DNA of 64,000 bases from Alistipes sp. (GCA_020026395.1 JAHHQM010000004.1:87237-151236), one strand, 5' to 3'; numbered from the stretch's first letter, positions 50,098-61,642 are shown. The notes: generated by a model from the letters alone, not told the origin. A program made the numbers and translations.

Positions 50098-51204
50098 TTA
50101 GAACGCCACATCGCGACAATTCATCTTGGCCGAGATCGTACCGTCGTCCAGCACCACCACGCCGTTACGCGCACGCAGCATCGTTTTCATGGTCGTGGCG
50201 TCGATGTTGTAGCACGGCATCTCGCCCGCTCCGAAATCGCAATGCGAAAGTTCGTACATCGGCGTCGGCGTCAGGCAGACCACCCGCGCACCCTCCTCGG
50301 CAGCGTGTGAGACAAGACCTTTCAGGCGCTTGAGGCATTTGGCGGGAATATCGTTCAAATCCGTGATGCAGATCATATACAGGCGGCCGGGCGTCGTAAT
50401 CACCTCCTCGGTGACATCGCCCGACGGATTACGCAGGGCAAATTCGCTGACCAACGGACGGATCGAAGGTTCATCGCTCGTCGTACGCGTATCGACCCAC
50501 TCCCACTTTTCGGCATCCTGCCATTCGGGATCATCCAGCTGGAATTCGCGGATCTCGCCCGTTGCAATGTTGCGGTAAACCAGGATCGTCTCGGCCTCCT
50601 CTTCCTCGGTCTGCGACGCGTGCATCGCCTCGTGAATATTCACCCCGACACGATACGGCAGGAAGTCGATCAACGGCAGATGGATGTAGCAATAGTAACC
50701 GATATACATCGCCACCGTAAAGAAAAATGCCGTAAGTGCCAACTCCAACGGTTTGAATGCGAAGATTTTATCGGGACGATAGCGCCACCAGATGACCACC
50801 GCCATCGGCAACAGGATCAGGTTCTTGAAGAAGGTTGCCCAGGGCGAGAGTTTCAGTGCCTCACCGAAGCATCCGCAATCCTCCACGGGAATCAGCGTGG
50901 CGCTGAGCAGCGTAAGGCTCGTGAAAAAGCACATCGAAACAAGGGCGAAGATCGAGATCAGACGGATCCTCACCTTGAAGAGCAACATAAGACCCATCAT
51001 CAGCTCCGCACCGCACAACCAGATCGAAAAGGTCATGGCGGCAGGATCCAGGAAATCCAACCCGTAAATCGAGAGGTATTCACTGACTTTCAGCGATGTC
51101 CCCCACGGGTCGATGACTTTCGAGAAGCCCGACACCACAAAGGTCAATGCAAACAGCACGCGGCACACGCGTGCCACCATTCTGAACAAACGGCGGTTTT
51201 TCAT
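50098..51204 (-). CDS. DoxX/BT_3928 family membrane protein
   Basis: FVVSGFSKVIDPWGT, PVEDCGCFGEALKL, HLPLIDFLPYRVG, KTMLRARNGVV. Confidence 0.85.
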   Translation of the reverse strand: MKNRRLFRMVARVCRVLFALTFVVSGFSKVIDPWGTSLKVSEYLSIYGLDFLDPAAMTFSIWLCGAELMMGLMLLFKVRIRLISIFALVSMCFFTSLTLLSATLIPVEDCGCFGEALKLSPWATFFKNLILLPMAVVIWWRYRPDKIFAFKPLELALTAFFFTVAMYIGYYCYIHLPLIDFLPYRVGVNIHEAMHASQTEEEEAETILVYRNIATGEIREFQLDDPEWQDAEKWEWVDTRTTSDEPSIRPLVSEFALRNPSGDVTEEVITTPGRLYMICITDLNDIPAKCLKRLKGLVSHAAEEGARVVCLTPTPMYELSHCDFGAGEMPCYNIDATTMKTMLRARNGVVVLDDGTISAKMNCRDVAF

Positions 51205-51884
51205 CGGCGGTTGATTGTTTCGATTTCTCGGCGGATCTTATCGAAAATAGCCTGCGGGGTCTCCATCTCGCCCGTCGGCGTACTGCAATCGATCACCCGA
51301 AGCGAGGGTTCGGTTTCGGCGGCCTTCAGGAATACACGGCGCACCTGCTCCTGCAACGAGAGGGAGTCTTCGTGGATGTCGTGACCGCCCTTCAGATAAG
51401 CACGGTCATCCCCTTCGCGTTGCTCCTCCAACTTACGGCGGGTAAACGAGAACGGCACATCCAGAAACAGCGACGCATCGGGTCGGGGCAGGTTGTTATG
51501 GCCGAATTCCAGGTCGAGAATCCAGCGGCACAACTTCGTCCGCTCCTCGTCGGTCTTGAGTTTGGCGCACTGATAGGCGATATTCGAATACACATAACGA
51601 TCCAGCACGACGGCTCGTCCTTCTGCGAGCCATTCGCGGATCTTGGGTGCCGCATCGGCACGGTCACCCGCAAAAAGCAAGGTCACCAAATAGGGATCAA
51701 CCTCGTCGGCACGACCAAACTCGCCACGCAGGAAACGGGCGATCTGCTCTCCGTAGATCGGTGCATCGAATCTCGGGAAATGGATGTATTCCGTTTCGAT
51801 GCCCCGAAGGCGGAAATATTCGCGCAACAAATTAACCTGTGTCGATTTTCCCGCGCCATCCAATCCTTCAAGTACGACAAACAT
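51201..51884 (-). CDS. tmk: Thymidylate kinase
   Basis: FVVLEGLDGAGKSTQ, LDRYVYSNIAYQ, PDASLFLDV. Confidence 0.93.
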   Translation of the reverse strand: MFVVLEGLDGAGKSTQVNLLREYFRLRGIETEYIHFPRFDAPIYGEQIARFLRGEFGRADEVDPYLVTLLFAGDRADAAPKIREWLAEGRAVVLDRYVYSNIAYQCAKLKTDEERTKLCRWILDLEFGHNNLPRPDASLFLDVPFSFTRRKLEEQREGDDRAYLKGGHDIHEDSLSLQEQVRRVFLKAAETEPSLRVIDCSTPTGEMETPQAIFDKIRREIETINRR

Positions 51885-51913
51885 GTATTATAGGTATATT
51901 TTTCGGTTTCTAA

Positions 51914-53131
51914 TTATCGGAGCATGCCGACGGCACGTTTCACACCGGCGACCAGTCGCTCCACCTCTTCGGCAGTGTTATACAGGGCAAACGATGCACG
52001 GCACATACCCGACACGCCGAAATGCGTCATGACGGGTTCGGCGCAGTGTCTTCCCGTACGGGTTGCAACGCCCAATTTATCAAGTATCATGCCCATATCC
52101 GAGGCGTGTACCCCATCGACATTGAACGAAATGATGGCACACTTGTCGGCTGTATTTCCGTAGATACGTATGCCGTCGATCTTCATCATCTCGTCGGTGG
52201 CATAGCGCAACAATTCGCGTTCGTGCTCCTCGACGGCCTTCAGATCCAGACCGCGCAGGAATTTTATGGCCTCGCCCAGTCCGATACCGCCGATAAAGTT
52301 CGACGTTCCCGCCTCGAATTTCAACGGAATCGGGGCATAGGTCGTCTTCTCGAACGAAACACGATCGACCATATCGCCACCACCCATAAACGGAGGCATC
52401 GCCTCGAGCAGGGCACGCTTGCCGTAAAGCACGCCGATACCCGTCGGAGCGTAGAGTTTATGCCCCGAGAATGCGTAGAAATCGCAATCCAGAGCCTGCA
52501 CATCGACTCCTCCGTGTACAACGCCCTGGCATCCGTCCACTACGGCAATCGCACCGACCGCATGAGCGGTACGGATCACCTGTTCCAGGTCGGGACGGGT
52601 TCCCAGCGTATTGGAAGCCTGCGTTACGGCCACCACCTTGGTATTTGCGTCGATGAGTTGCGGAAGGCGATCCAGGCACAATGCGCCCCGATCGTCAAAC
52701 GGCAGGACGCGGATCTCGGCACCCGTACGCTCGGCCACAAACTGCCAGGGCACGATGTTCGAGTGATGCTCCATCTCGCTGATCACGATGTTGTCGCCCG
52801 CATGCACGAACCGACTGCCCCACGCCTGTGCGACCGTGTTGAGCGATGCGGTGGCACCCGCCGTGAAAACGATCTCCTCCTTCTCGCGTGCATTGATAAA
52901 ACGGGCAATCTCCCCGCGCGACGACTCGTACCACTCGGTACACTCCTCCGAAAGGTAGTGCAGGCCGCGGTGGACGTTGCTGTTCAGTTCGGTATAAACC
53001 TTATTTATGGTCTCCAGAACCACGCGCGGTTTTTGTGCCGTCGCGCCGTTGTCCAGGTAAGTCAGCGGTTTGGAATAGACCGTACGCTGAAGGATCGGAA
53101 ACTCCTTGCGTATCTCTTCGACTTGAAACAT
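51914..53131 (-). CDS. sufS: Cysteine desulfurase SufS
   Basis: YLDNGATAQKP, EHHSNIVPW, SGHKLYAPTGIG, RTGRHCA. Confidence 0.95.
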   Translation of the reverse strand: MFQVEEIRKEFPILQRTVYSKPLTYLDNGATAQKPRVVLETINKVYTELNSNVHRGLHYLSEECTEWYESSRGEIARFINAREKEEIVFTAGATASLNTVAQAWGSRFVHAGDNIVISEMEHHSNIVPWQFVAERTGAEIRVLPFDDRGALCLDRLPQLIDANTKVVAVTQASNTLGTRPDLEQVIRTAHAVGAIAVVDGCQGVVHGGVDVQALDCDFYAFSGHKLYAPTGIGVLYGKRALLEAMPPFMGGGDMVDRVSFEKTTYAPIPLKFEAGTSNFIGGIGLGEAIKFLRGLDLKAVEEHERELLRYATDEMMKIDGIRIYGNTADKCAIISFNVDGVHASDMGMILDKLGVATRTGRHCAEPVMTHFGVSGMCRASFALYNTAEEVERLVAGVKRAVGMLR

Positions 53132-53134
53132 AAT

Positions 53135-53959
53135 TTACTGTAATTGGTGCATTTTGTTGCTGACCAGTTCCATCAGCGGTTCGTGCAATTCCTCGATGCT
53201 GCAACGGCGCACCACATCCGAGGCAAAGCCCTCGATCTGAAGTGCACGTGCCTGCATCTCGCTCAAACCGCGCTGACGCATATAAAGAATCGCCTCGTCG
53301 TCCATCTGACCGACCGTCGCACCGTGCGTACACTTCACGTCGTCGGCATAGATTTCCAACTGGGGTTTGGTGTCGATCTGAGCCGATTCGCTCAACAGAA
53401 TGTTACGACTCTGCTGCTGGGCATCGGTGCGCTGGGCATCGGGTGCCACATAAACCAATCCGTAGAAACGACCCTGCGCCTCGTCCGAAGCCACGCCCTT
53501 GATGCACGAATCACTCGTACAATCGGGTACCAGGTGGCGCGTATGGAGGTTCAGCGAGAAGCGTTCCTCGCCGCCGACGATAAACAATCCGTGGAGCGTG
53601 TTGGTGGCGTGAGGCTCGTTGAAGTTCATGCGGAAATCGCACTCCGAACCCGTCAGCGAGAATCCCGTCACACGGCATTCCGACCCTTGCTTCTGATCCA
53701 TCTCCGCATCGAGTTTCACCTCACCCAGGAAAAGTTCCGTAAGTTCGAGATGCGCATCACGACCGACATTCACCCTCAATCGGCATTCCGCCGGACGAGT
53801 GTACAGCACCACGACACGCGCCGATGCCCCGTCCTTGAGTTCGATGTCAAGGTTTTCGGGATCAATCGCCGCACAGGGTTTCTCCGTCAGACCCGTAACC
53901 GACAACGTGCTGTCGCTGATCTGCGAAAACCCTCCGATGATTTCTTGCAGTGCTTTCAT
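53135..53959 (-). CDS. sufD: Fe-S cluster assembly protein SufD
   Basis: DAQRTDAQQQSRNILL, TKPQLEIYADDVKCTHGATVG, YMRQRG. Confidence 0.9.
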   Translation of the reverse strand: MKALQEIIGGFSQISDSTLSVTGLTEKPCAAIDPENLDIELKDGASARVVVLYTRPAECRLRVNVGRDAHLELTELFLGEVKLDAEMDQKQGSECRVTGFSLTGSECDFRMNFNEPHATNTLHGLFIVGGEERFSLNLHTRHLVPDCTSDSCIKGVASDEAQGRFYGLVYVAPDAQRTDAQQQSRNILLSESAQIDTKPQLEIYADDVKCTHGATVGQMDDEAILYMRQRGLSEMQARALQIEGFASDVVRRCSIEELHEPLMELVSNKMHQLQ

Positions 53960-54711
53960 TAGTCCTGATATTGATTGATGAGCCAGTCGTAGCCCTCTTT
54001 TTCAAGCTTTACTGCCAAGGTCTTGTCACCCGTGTAGATGATACGACCCTTGTAAAGTACGTGAACCACATCGGGTACGATGTAATCCAGCAGACGCTGA
54101 TAGTGCGTGATGACCACCGTGGCGTTGTCCTTCGTGTGGAGTTTCGTAACGCCCGTGGCTACGATGCGCAGTGCATCGATATCCAGACCCGAATCGGTCT
54201 CGTCCAGAATGGCGAGTTTCGGATCGAGCATGGCCATCTGGAAGATCTCGTTCTTTTTCTTCTCACCGCCCGAGAAACCCTCGTTGACGGCTCGCGAAGT
54301 CAGTTTCGACGAAAGCTCCACGACCTTACTTTTCTCTTTCATCAGGCGCAGAAATTCGCCCGCCGTCAGCGGCTCTTCGCCACGGAACTTGCGGTGCTCG
54401 TTCACGGCCAGTTTCATGAAGTTGGCCATCGTCACGCCCGGAATCTCGACCGGATACTGAAAACCGAGGAACAAACCCAGACGGGCACGATCCTCGATCG
54501 ACATCTCCAGCAGATTTTTGCCCATAAATTCCACTTCGCCCTCGGTGACAGTGAATTTCTCGTTACCCGCCAAAACCGACGCCAAAGTCGATTTTCCCGA
54601 TCCGTTGGGGCCCATGATGGCATGTACTTCGCCCGGTTTCACCTCAAGGTTGATACCGCGGAGGATCTCCTTGCCCTCAACCGTTGCATGCAGATTTTTA
54701 ACGCTTAACAT
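53959..54711 (-). CDS. sufC: Fe-S cluster assembly ATPase SufC
   Basis: GPNGSGKST, FQYPVEIPGV, NEGFSGGEKK, LDETDSGLDIDAL, THYQRLL. Confidence 0.97.
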   Translation of the reverse strand: MLSVKNLHATVEGKEILRGINLEVKPGEVHAIMGPNGSGKSTLASVLAGNEKFTVTEGEVEFMGKNLLEMSIEDRARLGLFLGFQYPVEIPGVTMANFMKLAVNEHRKFRGEEPLTAGEFLRLMKEKSKVVELSSKLTSRAVNEGFSGGEKKKNEIFQMAMLDPKLAILDETDSGLDIDALRIVATGVTKLHTKDNATVVITHYQRLLDYIVPDVVHVLYKGRIIYTGDKTLAVKLEKEGYDWLINQYQD

Positions 54712-54757
54712 ATCTTTTGTAATCTTTTTCCTTTGTGAATAAATTTCGTTTTGTCCG

Positions 54758-56203
54758 TTATCCGACCGATCCCTCCAGGCTGATCGACAACAGTTTCTGT
54801 GCCTCAACGGCAAACTCCATCGGCAGTTTGGCCAACACCTCGCGGGCATAGCCGTTTACGATCAGTCCCACGGCATCCTCGGTCGAAAGGCCTCGCTGAT
54901 TGCAGTAGAAGAGCTGGTCGTCGGAGATCTTCGACGTCGTAGCCTCATGCTCCAGGACGGCGGTACGGTTACGGGCATCGATTTCGGGGAAAGTGTGTGC
55001 ACCACACTTGTCGCCGATCAAGAGCGAGTCGCACTGCGAATAGTTACGCGCATTGTCGGCACATTTGGCCACGGACACCAGACCGCGATACGAGTTCTGG
55101 CTCTTTCCGGCCGAAATACCCTTCGACACGATGCGGCTGCGGGTATTCTTGCCCACATGGATCATCTTCGTACCCGTATCGGCCTGCTGGTAGTTGTTGG
55201 TGATGGCCACCGAATAGAACTCGCCCACCGAATTATCACCCTTGAGCACACAGCTCGGATATTTCCACGTGATGGCCGATCCGGTCTCCACCTGCGTCCA
55301 CGACAGGCGTGCATTCTCGTGGCACATGCCTCGCTTGGTCACCAGGTTGTAGATACCGCCCTTGCCGTTCTTGTCGCCCGGATACCAGTTCTGCACCGTC
55401 GAATACTTCACCTCGGCGTCTTTCCCGACGATGATTTCGACGACGGCGGCATGCAACTGATTCTCGTCACGCATCGGCGCGGTACAACCCTCCAGGTAAC
55501 TTACATAAGCCCCCTCGTCGGCCACGATCAGCGTACGCTCGAACTGACCCGTCTCCGCAGCATTGATACGGAAATAGGTCGAGAGCTCCATCGGGCAACG
55601 AACGCCTTTCGGGATGTAGCAGAACGAACCGTCCGAGAAGACGGCGGCGTTGAGTGCGGCGTAATAGTTATCCTTGTAGGGGACGACCGAACCCAGGTAT
55701 TTCTTAATCAGGTCGGGGTGATTGCGGATGGCCTCCGAAATCGAGCAGAAGATAATGCCCTTTTCGGCCAGCGTATCCTTGAAGGTGGTCTTCACCGACA
55801 CGGAGTCCATGACGGCATCCACGGCAACACCCGCCAGTACCATCTGCTCCTCGAGCGGAATACCCAGTTTGTCGAACGTACGTTTCAACTCGGGATCGAC
55901 TTCATCCATCGAATCGAGTTTACGCGTCTGCTTCGGTGCGGCGTAGTAAATGATATCCTGATAGTTGATTTCGGGAATCATGAGGTGGCCCCACGTCGGC
56001 GGGGTCAGCGTAAGCCAGTAACGGTAGGCTTTCAGGCGACGCTCGGTCATCCATTCCGGCTCGCCCTTCTTCTCCGAGATCAGGCGGATAATCTCTTCCG
56101 AAAGTCCTTTCTGAATCTTATCGGTTTCGATATTGGTCGTAAAACCGTATTTATACTCCTGATCCTGGATGTTTTCCAGTATTTCTTTGTTGTTGTCAGA
56201 CAT
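54758..56203 (-). CDS. sufB: Fe-S cluster assembly protein SufB
   Basis: [44 protein letters not shown]. Confidence 0.97.
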   Translation of the reverse strand: MSDNNKEILENIQDQEYKYGFTTNIETDKIQKGLSEEIIRLISEKKGEPEWMTERRLKAYRYWLTLTPPTWGHLMIPEINYQDIIYYAAPKQTRKLDSMDEVDPELKRTFDKLGIPLEEQMVLAGVAVDAVMDSVSVKTTFKDTLAEKGIIFCSISEAIRNHPDLIKKYLGSVVPYKDNYYAALNAAVFSDGSFCYIPKGVRCPMELSTYFRINAAETGQFERTLIVADEGAYVSYLEGCTAPMRDENQLHAAVVEIIVGKDAEVKYSTVQNWYPGDKNGKGGIYNLVTKRGMCHENARLSWTQVETGSAITWKYPSCVLKGDNSVGEFYSVAITNNYQQADTGTKMIHVGKNTRSRIVSKGISAGKSQNSYRGLVSVAKCADNARNYSQCDSLLIGDKCGAHTFPEIDARNRTAVLEHEATTSKISDDQLFYCNQRGLSTEDAVGLIVNGYAREVLAKLPMEFAVEAQKLLSISLEGSVG

Positions 56204-56380
56204 TTCCTTTAAAATAGTAGGCAAAGGTACAAACCTATCGGCAGAAATCAAAATTGTAACTCATGATTTTCACCCCAGACCAAACTTCGCGCCGTTTTCG
56301 CCAATTTTTCCGGGGGACGGAGAAAATCGTTGCAAATCGGCACTCTTTTCGTATCTTTGCTTCCGTTATTTACCCCCGCC

Positions 56381-56953
56381 ATGGAACAACAACACGAATT
56401 GCACATCAAAAACATGGTCTGCCCGCGCTGCATCATGTTTGTCCGAGACCTGCTCGAACGAGAAGGATTTACGCCTTTGAAGGTCGAGTTGGGGCTGGCC
56501 GTTGTCCGCGAACCCGTCACCCCCGAACGCCGCGCCGCGCTCAAACAAAAGCTGCACGATTTCGGCTTCGAGCTGCTCGACGATCAGCAGCAGCGCATCG
56601 CCGACGAGATCCGCACGGCAATCATCGAACGGGTTCATTATCAAAATGATGAAGGCGAGGAAAATCTCTCGTCATATCTTTCCGAACGACTCCATCGCGA
56701 TTACAGTTCGTTGAGCAAACTTTTCACGGAGATCAACGGCACGAGCATCGAAAAATACTACGTTGCGCAACGGGTCGAACGGGTCAAGGAGCTATTGACC
56801 TACGGCGAACTGACCGTCAGCGAAATCGCCCACAAGATGCACTATTCGAGCGTTGCCCACCTCAGTGCCCAATTCCGTAACGTCACGGGCATCTCCCCCA
56901 CGGCTTTCCGTCAGGCCAAGGAGCATCCGCTCAAGACGCTCGACGAAATTTAG
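56381..56953 (+). CDS. AraC regulator with N-terminal HMA-like CxxC
   Basis: IKNMVCPRC plus AraC HTH (LTVSEIAHKMHYSSVAHLSAQF). Upstream of the copper ATPase. Confidence 0.88.
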   Translation: MEQQHELHIKNMVCPRCIMFVRDLLEREGFTPLKVELGLAVVREPVTPERRAALKQKLHDFGFELLDDQQQRIADEIRTAIIERVHYQNDEGEENLSSYLSERLHRDYSSLSKLFTEINGTSIEKYYVAQRVERVKELLTYGELTVSEIAHKMHYSSVAHLSAQFRNVTGISPTAFRQAKEHPLKTLDEI

Positions 56954-57022
56954 GCGGAATCTTGTAAATCATATCCATAATTATGTAACACCTTCCTTAC
57001 GCTCGGATTGTATCTTTGCGGT

Positions 57023-59245
57023 ATGGAAAACAAGAAATCAAAAGTCACGACTTGCACGCTTCCCGTCGTCGGTATGGGATGCGCGGGTTGCGCCGTGCGT
57101 GTCGACAGGACACTGCACGAAGTGAAGGGTGTCCGAGAGGCAGGCGTCAATTTCGCGGCTCAAACGGCACAGATTACATTCGACAACGAATTGTGTTCGG
57201 TCGAAAAACTGAAAGCAGCGGTTCAGGCCGCAGGTTACGACCTTCTGATCGAGGATCGCGACCGCGCCGCAGCCACGGCCGAAAAATTACGCAAGGAGCA
57301 CTACGCACAGCTCAAACGCTCGTGTCTCGGCGCATGGATTTTGGCCGTGCCGATCATGGTCGGCAGCATGTTGTTTATGGACAACATCTATGTGCGTTAC
57401 GCGTTGTGGATCGCATCGACCATCTCGCTGTTCGTCTTCGGACGCGAATTCTTCGTCAATGCATGGCGTCAGTTGCTGCACTTCAGTTTCAATATGGATT
57501 CGCTGGTGGCCAACAGTACGGGTATCGCCTACCTGTTCAGCGTTTTCAACCTTTTCTTCCCCGAATTTTGGATCGAGCACGGCATCGAACCGCACCTCTA
57601 TTTTGAGACGGCGAGCGGTCTGATTGCCTTCATCCTGCTGGGTCGCACGTTGGAGGCACACACCAAGCAACGCACCTCAACGGCCATCGAGCGTCTGATC
57701 GGTCTGAAACCCAAACGCGTGACGATCGTTGACGAGCAGGGCGAGCGCAAGATCCCCATTTCGCGTATCGAGCGCGGGCAGATCATCCTCGTTCACCCCG
57801 GTGAGCGCATTGCCGTGGACGGTACGGTTACCGAGGGCAGTTCGTATGTCGATGAGAGCATGTTGAGCGGCGAACCCGTTCCCGTATATAAAGAAATGGG
57901 TGCAAAAGTCTTTTCGGGTACCGCCAACCGCGAGGGGGCGTTCCGTTTCCGTGCCGAGAAGGTCGGTGACGAGACCATCTTGGCGCAGATCATCCGCATG
58001 GTCGAAGAGGCACAGGGAAGCCGCGCCCCGATCCAGAACATCGTCGACACGATCGCGGGCATCTTCGTTCCGGCCATCATCACGATCGCCATTCTGACCT
58101 TCTTCGCCTGGTATTTCCTCGATCCGACGGACGGTTTCTCGCATGGTCTTTCGACCATGATGACCGTTTTGGTCATTGCGTGTCCGTGTGCCCTGGGTCT
58201 TGCCACGCCGACGGCCATTATGGTCGGTATCGGTCGCGGTGCCGAGGCAGGTATCCTGATCAAGGGTGCCGAGAGCCTTCAGACGGCACGCCACATCGAC
58301 ACGGTCGTATTGGACAAAACGGGTACGCTGACCGAGGGTCATCCCGAAGTGGTCGATATGATCTGGGCAAAGGGCGAACAACACAAAGCCATCCTCGCAG
58401 GCTTGGAGAAACTTTCGGAGCATCCGCTGGCCGAGGCCGTGGTTCGCGCCCTGGAGCAGGAGCAGACGCCGCACATCGACCACTTCATCAATATTGCGGG
58501 TGAGGGTATCCGCGGTAAGGTCGAGGGCAAGGCCTACTACGTCGGTAACGGTGCACGCCTCGAGGCGGACGGCATCGCAATCTCCGACGAGATCCGTTCC
58601 GCAGCCGCACTCTGGCTGAAAGAGGCCTACACACTGGTATGGTTTGCCGACGAGCAGGAAGTTCTGGCCGTTCTGGCACTAAACGACCGTCTGAAAGCCA
58701 CCTCCGCCGAAGCGGTTGCCTCGTTGCATAAGATGGGCATCGAGGTATGTCTGCTGACGGGTGATCATCAGGCATCGGCCGAAGCCGCCGCACGCAAAGC
58801 GGGTATCACCCGCATCAAGGCAGGAGTACAGCCGCAGGACAAAGCCGCCTACATCAAGTCGTTGCAGGCCGAAGGTCATTGCGTAGCGATGGTCGGCGAC
58901 GGCATCAACGACAGCGCCGCTCTTGCCACGGCCGATCTGAGTATCGCCATGGGTCAGGGCAGTGACATTGCCGTGGATTCGGCACAGGTAACGATCCTTT
59001 CATCGGATCTGAAGAAGATCTCCGAGATGATCCGCCTGTCGAAAGCCACGATGCGCACGCTACATCAGAACCTCTTCTGGGCATTCATCTACAACACGAT
59101 CAGTATTCCGATTGCCGCGGGTGTGCTCTACCCCGTATTCGGAACGCTGCTGCCCCCGATGGTCGGAGGTGCCGCCATGGCATTCAGCAGCGTCAGCGTC
59201 GTCACCAACAGTCTGCGTCTGAAACGCGCACGGCTCACCGAATAA
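57023..59245 (+). CDS. copA: Copper-translocating P1B-type ATPase
   Basis: GMGCAGC HMA, ACPCALGLATP, DKTGT, SEHP, GDGIND, YN and MAFSS motifs. Confidence 0.92.
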   Translation: MENKKSKVTTCTLPVVGMGCAGCAVRVDRTLHEVKGVREAGVNFAAQTAQITFDNELCSVEKLKAAVQAAGYDLLIEDRDRAAATAEKLRKEHYAQLKRSCLGAWILAVPIMVGSMLFMDNIYVRYALWIASTISLFVFGREFFVNAWRQLLHFSFNMDSLVANSTGIAYLFSVFNLFFPEFWIEHGIEPHLYFETASGLIAFILLGRTLEAHTKQRTSTAIERLIGLKPKRVTIVDEQGERKIPISRIERGQIILVHPGERIAVDGTVTEGSSYVDESMLSGEPVPVYKEMGAKVFSGTANREGAFRFRAEKVGDETILAQIIRMVEEAQGSRAPIQNIVDTIAGIFVPAIITIAILTFFAWYFLDPTDGFSHGLSTMMTVLVIACPCALGLATPTAIMVGIGRGAEAGILIKGAESLQTARHIDTVVLDKTGTLTEGHPEVVDMIWAKGEQHKAILAGLEKLSEHPLAEAVVRALEQEQTPHIDHFINIAGEGIRGKVEGKAYYVGNGARLEADGIAISDEIRSAAALWLKEAYTLVWFADEQEVLAVLALNDRLKATSAEAVASLHKMGIEVCLLTGDHQASAEAAARKAGITRIKAGVQPQDKAAYIKSLQAEGHCVAMVGDGINDSAALATADLSIAMGQGSDIAVDSAQVTILSSDLKKISEMIRLSKATMRTLHQNLFWAFIYNTISIPIAAGVLYPVFGTLLPPMVGGAAMAFSSVSVVTNSLRLKRARLTE

Positions 59246-59335
59246 AATTCATAAGTGTTTTCTCGAAACCGACCGCATCCCCGTTGAGCGGTCGTTTTTT
59301 TTGTACGATCGCCGAAAATGATTATCTTTACCCCC

Positions 59336-60403
59336 ATGAAGATAACCAAGAAACAAACAATCGGCGAAAACCTGCTCTATGTGATGGTGTGGACGGCCAT
59401 CATTCTGGTGCCCGTGCTCAACTCGCAGATGATGTCCGAGATGCACATCAGTTTCGAGAATGTGACGATCGCCTGGCGCAAAATCGCCCCCTATCTGACG
59501 ATCTTCCTCGTGCACAACAACATCCTCGCCCCGATGTTCATGTTGCGCCACAAATACCGCATCTATCTCATTCTGAACATCATTCTGATTGTCGGCATCT
59601 TCTGGATGGTCGATCTTTACGAGGATTATCTGGCGCTACATACGCCCGTGTCGGAGATTCCGCAGGACGGCATGCCGCACAAGGCTTCGTTCTCCGATCT
59701 GGAGATGTATTGGAACGTGATCCTCGCCTTCTTCATGATCGGTGCGAATACGGGTATCAAACTGATGTACCAGTCGATCCGCGACGAGCAGAAGATGGAG
59801 CAGCTCAAACGTCAGAACCTGCAAGCCGAAATGGACTATCTGAAATACCAGATCAACCCCCATTTCTTCATGAATACGCTCAACAACATCCACGCGCTGA
59901 TCGACATCGACACCGAGACGGCCAAAACGACCGTCATCGAGCTCTCGAAGATGATGCGCTACGTGTTGTACGATTCGGGCTGTGAGATCATCTCGCTCAA
60001 CAACGACATCCAGTTCCTGAAGAACTACATCGAGCTGATGCGCATCCGCTATACCGATGCCATCGACATTCAGGTCGAGCACCCCAAGAATCTTTCGGAG
60101 CAGGTCTCCATTCCGCCGCTGTTGTTGATCGTCTTTGTGGAGAATGCCTTCAAACACGGCATCAGCTACAACCGCCCCTCGTTCATCCACCTCAAAATCG
60201 AGGTCGAAGATGACAAGGTGATCGCCACGTTCTGCAACAGCCGTCATCCGTCCGTCAACCAGAAACCTTCGGCGGGAATCGGTCTTGAGAATGTACGCAA
60301 GCGTCTCGAATTGATCTACGGCGCACGCAACTACACGCTCAAAATCATCGAGAAACCCGACACATACCACGTAAAACTCATTATACCGTCACTCCATGCT
60401 TAA
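59336..60403 (+). CDS. LytS/YehU-type sensor histidine kinase
   Basis: TM helices, LKYQINPHFFMNTLNNI, FVENAFKHG, GIGLENVRKRL. Confidence 0.92.
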   Translation: MKITKKQTIGENLLYVMVWTAIILVPVLNSQMMSEMHISFENVTIAWRKIAPYLTIFLVHNNILAPMFMLRHKYRIYLILNIILIVGIFWMVDLYEDYLALHTPVSEIPQDGMPHKASFSDLEMYWNVILAFFMIGANTGIKLMYQSIRDEQKMEQLKRQNLQAEMDYLKYQINPHFFMNTLNNIHALIDIDTETAKTTVIELSKMMRYVLYDSGCEIISLNNDIQFLKNYIELMRIRYTDAIDIQVEHPKNLSEQVSIPPLLLIVFVENAFKHGISYNRPSFIHLKIEVEDDKVIATFCNSRHPSVNQKPSAGIGLENVRKRLELIYGARNYTLKIIEKPDTYHVKLIIPSLHA

Positions 60404-61154
60404 ATGTATCGCCATAGACGACGAGCCGTTGGCTCTGCGTCAGATCAAAGCCTATATCTCCAAAATCCCCTATCTGGAACTTGTCGCCACATTCAACAAC
60501 GCCATCGAGGCACAGCAGTTCATGGCACGCCAGACGATCGACCTGATTTTCGTCGACATCAACATGCCCGACCTGAACGGCGTCGATTTCGTGCGCACGC
60601 TGATCCACAAACCGATGGTCATCTTCACGACGGCCTACTCCGAATATGCCATCGAGGGATTCAAACTCGACGCCATCGACTACCTGCTCAAGCCGTTCAG
60701 CTTTGCCGATTTCAGCCGTGCGGCTGCCAAGGCCAATTCGCTCTACACGCTCAAGCAGAACCAGCGTTCGACGCCCGAAGCGCCCGTAAGCGAAGCCCTG
60801 CCCGAAAACCGCGAATACATCTCGGTGAAGGCCGATTACAAGGTGTCGCTCGTCAAGATCAACACGATTGTCTATCTGGAAAGCGAGGGCGAATACGTGC
60901 GCATCCACCTCTCCGACAACTCGTCCATCACGACGCTTTTCCGTCTGAAAAATATGGAGGCGGCACTTCCCTCGGAGCGTTTCATGCGTGTACACCGCTC
61001 CTACATCGTCAATTTGGATTACATCAAGGCCTACGTGCGCGGCCGTGTCTACTTAAACGACACGGAATACGTACCCATCGGAGAGATCTACAAGGAGACC
61101 TTCCAAACCTATATCGACAAGAAATTCAGAAACTTGGAACCCGAGAACAACTAA
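60396..61154 (+). CDS. LytTR family response regulator
   Basis: IDDEPLA, DINMPD, FTTAY, DYLLKP, FMRVHRSYIVN. Confidence 0.95.
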   Translation: MLKCIAIDDEPLALRQIKAYISKIPYLELVATFNNAIEAQQFMARQTIDLIFVDINMPDLNGVDFVRTLIHKPMVIFTTAYSEYAIEGFKLDAIDYLLKPFSFADFSRAAAKANSLYTLKQNQRSTPEAPVSEALPENREYISVKADYKVSLVKINTIVYLESEGEYVRIHLSDNSSITTLFRLKNMEAALPSERFMRVHRSYIVNLDYIKAYVRGRVYLNDTEYVPIGEIYKETFQTYIDKKFRNLEPENN

Positions 61155-61594
61155 AACATCGGGAACGAATCCATACGGCGGTACTGCCCCCCGACAACCT
61201 CGTAACAGAAATGCCTCAGACCGTTGGTCATGGCCACGTAGCGGGCATTCAGCACCGAATTATAGCGGACAGCCTGCATGAAGGTTTGTTGCGAGATCTC
61301 CACCGATGGGGCTTTACACTCGACAACCAACAGCGGATGCGCCCGATCGTCCACCACCACGATGTCGGCACGTTGTGCCTGTCCGTTCAAAGCCACGGGG
61401 TACTCCTGCACGATACGCAGAGGCGATGCCCCGCAAGACTGGCAAAGATAAGCGATGGCGTGTCTGCGCACCCACTCCTCGGGAGTCAGCACCAGATACA
61501 TGCCCCGAAGTTCGTCCCACACTTCGACTTTCGACCCGTTTCTACGGGCACGGAGTTGCACGGGCGGGAAGTTAAGTTTTGGCAGATCATTCAT
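61151..61594 (-). CDS. Stand-alone type I restriction enzyme HsdR N-terminal domain protein
   Basis: LPKLNFP, LTPEEWVR, RADIVV, VVECKAP, QAVRYN, TNGLRH. Confidence 0.85.
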   Translation of the reverse strand: MNDLPKLNFPPVQLRARRNGSKVEVWDELRGMYLVLTPEEWVRRHAIAYLCQSCGASPLRIVQEYPVALNGQAQRADIVVVDDRAHPLLVVECKAPSVEISQQTFMQAVRYNSVLNARYVAMTNGLRHFCYEVVGGQYRRMDSFPMF

Positions 61595-61642
61595 CGCGTT
61601 TTCATTTAAAATTTCTATCTTTGTGAACAAAGATACTAACTT

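Noticed and set aside
61151..61594. HsdR N-terminal gene as a restriction or defence system
   Set aside because: No hsdM, hsdS or helicase domains nearby. A stand-alone HsdR_N gene is common in Bacteroidota.
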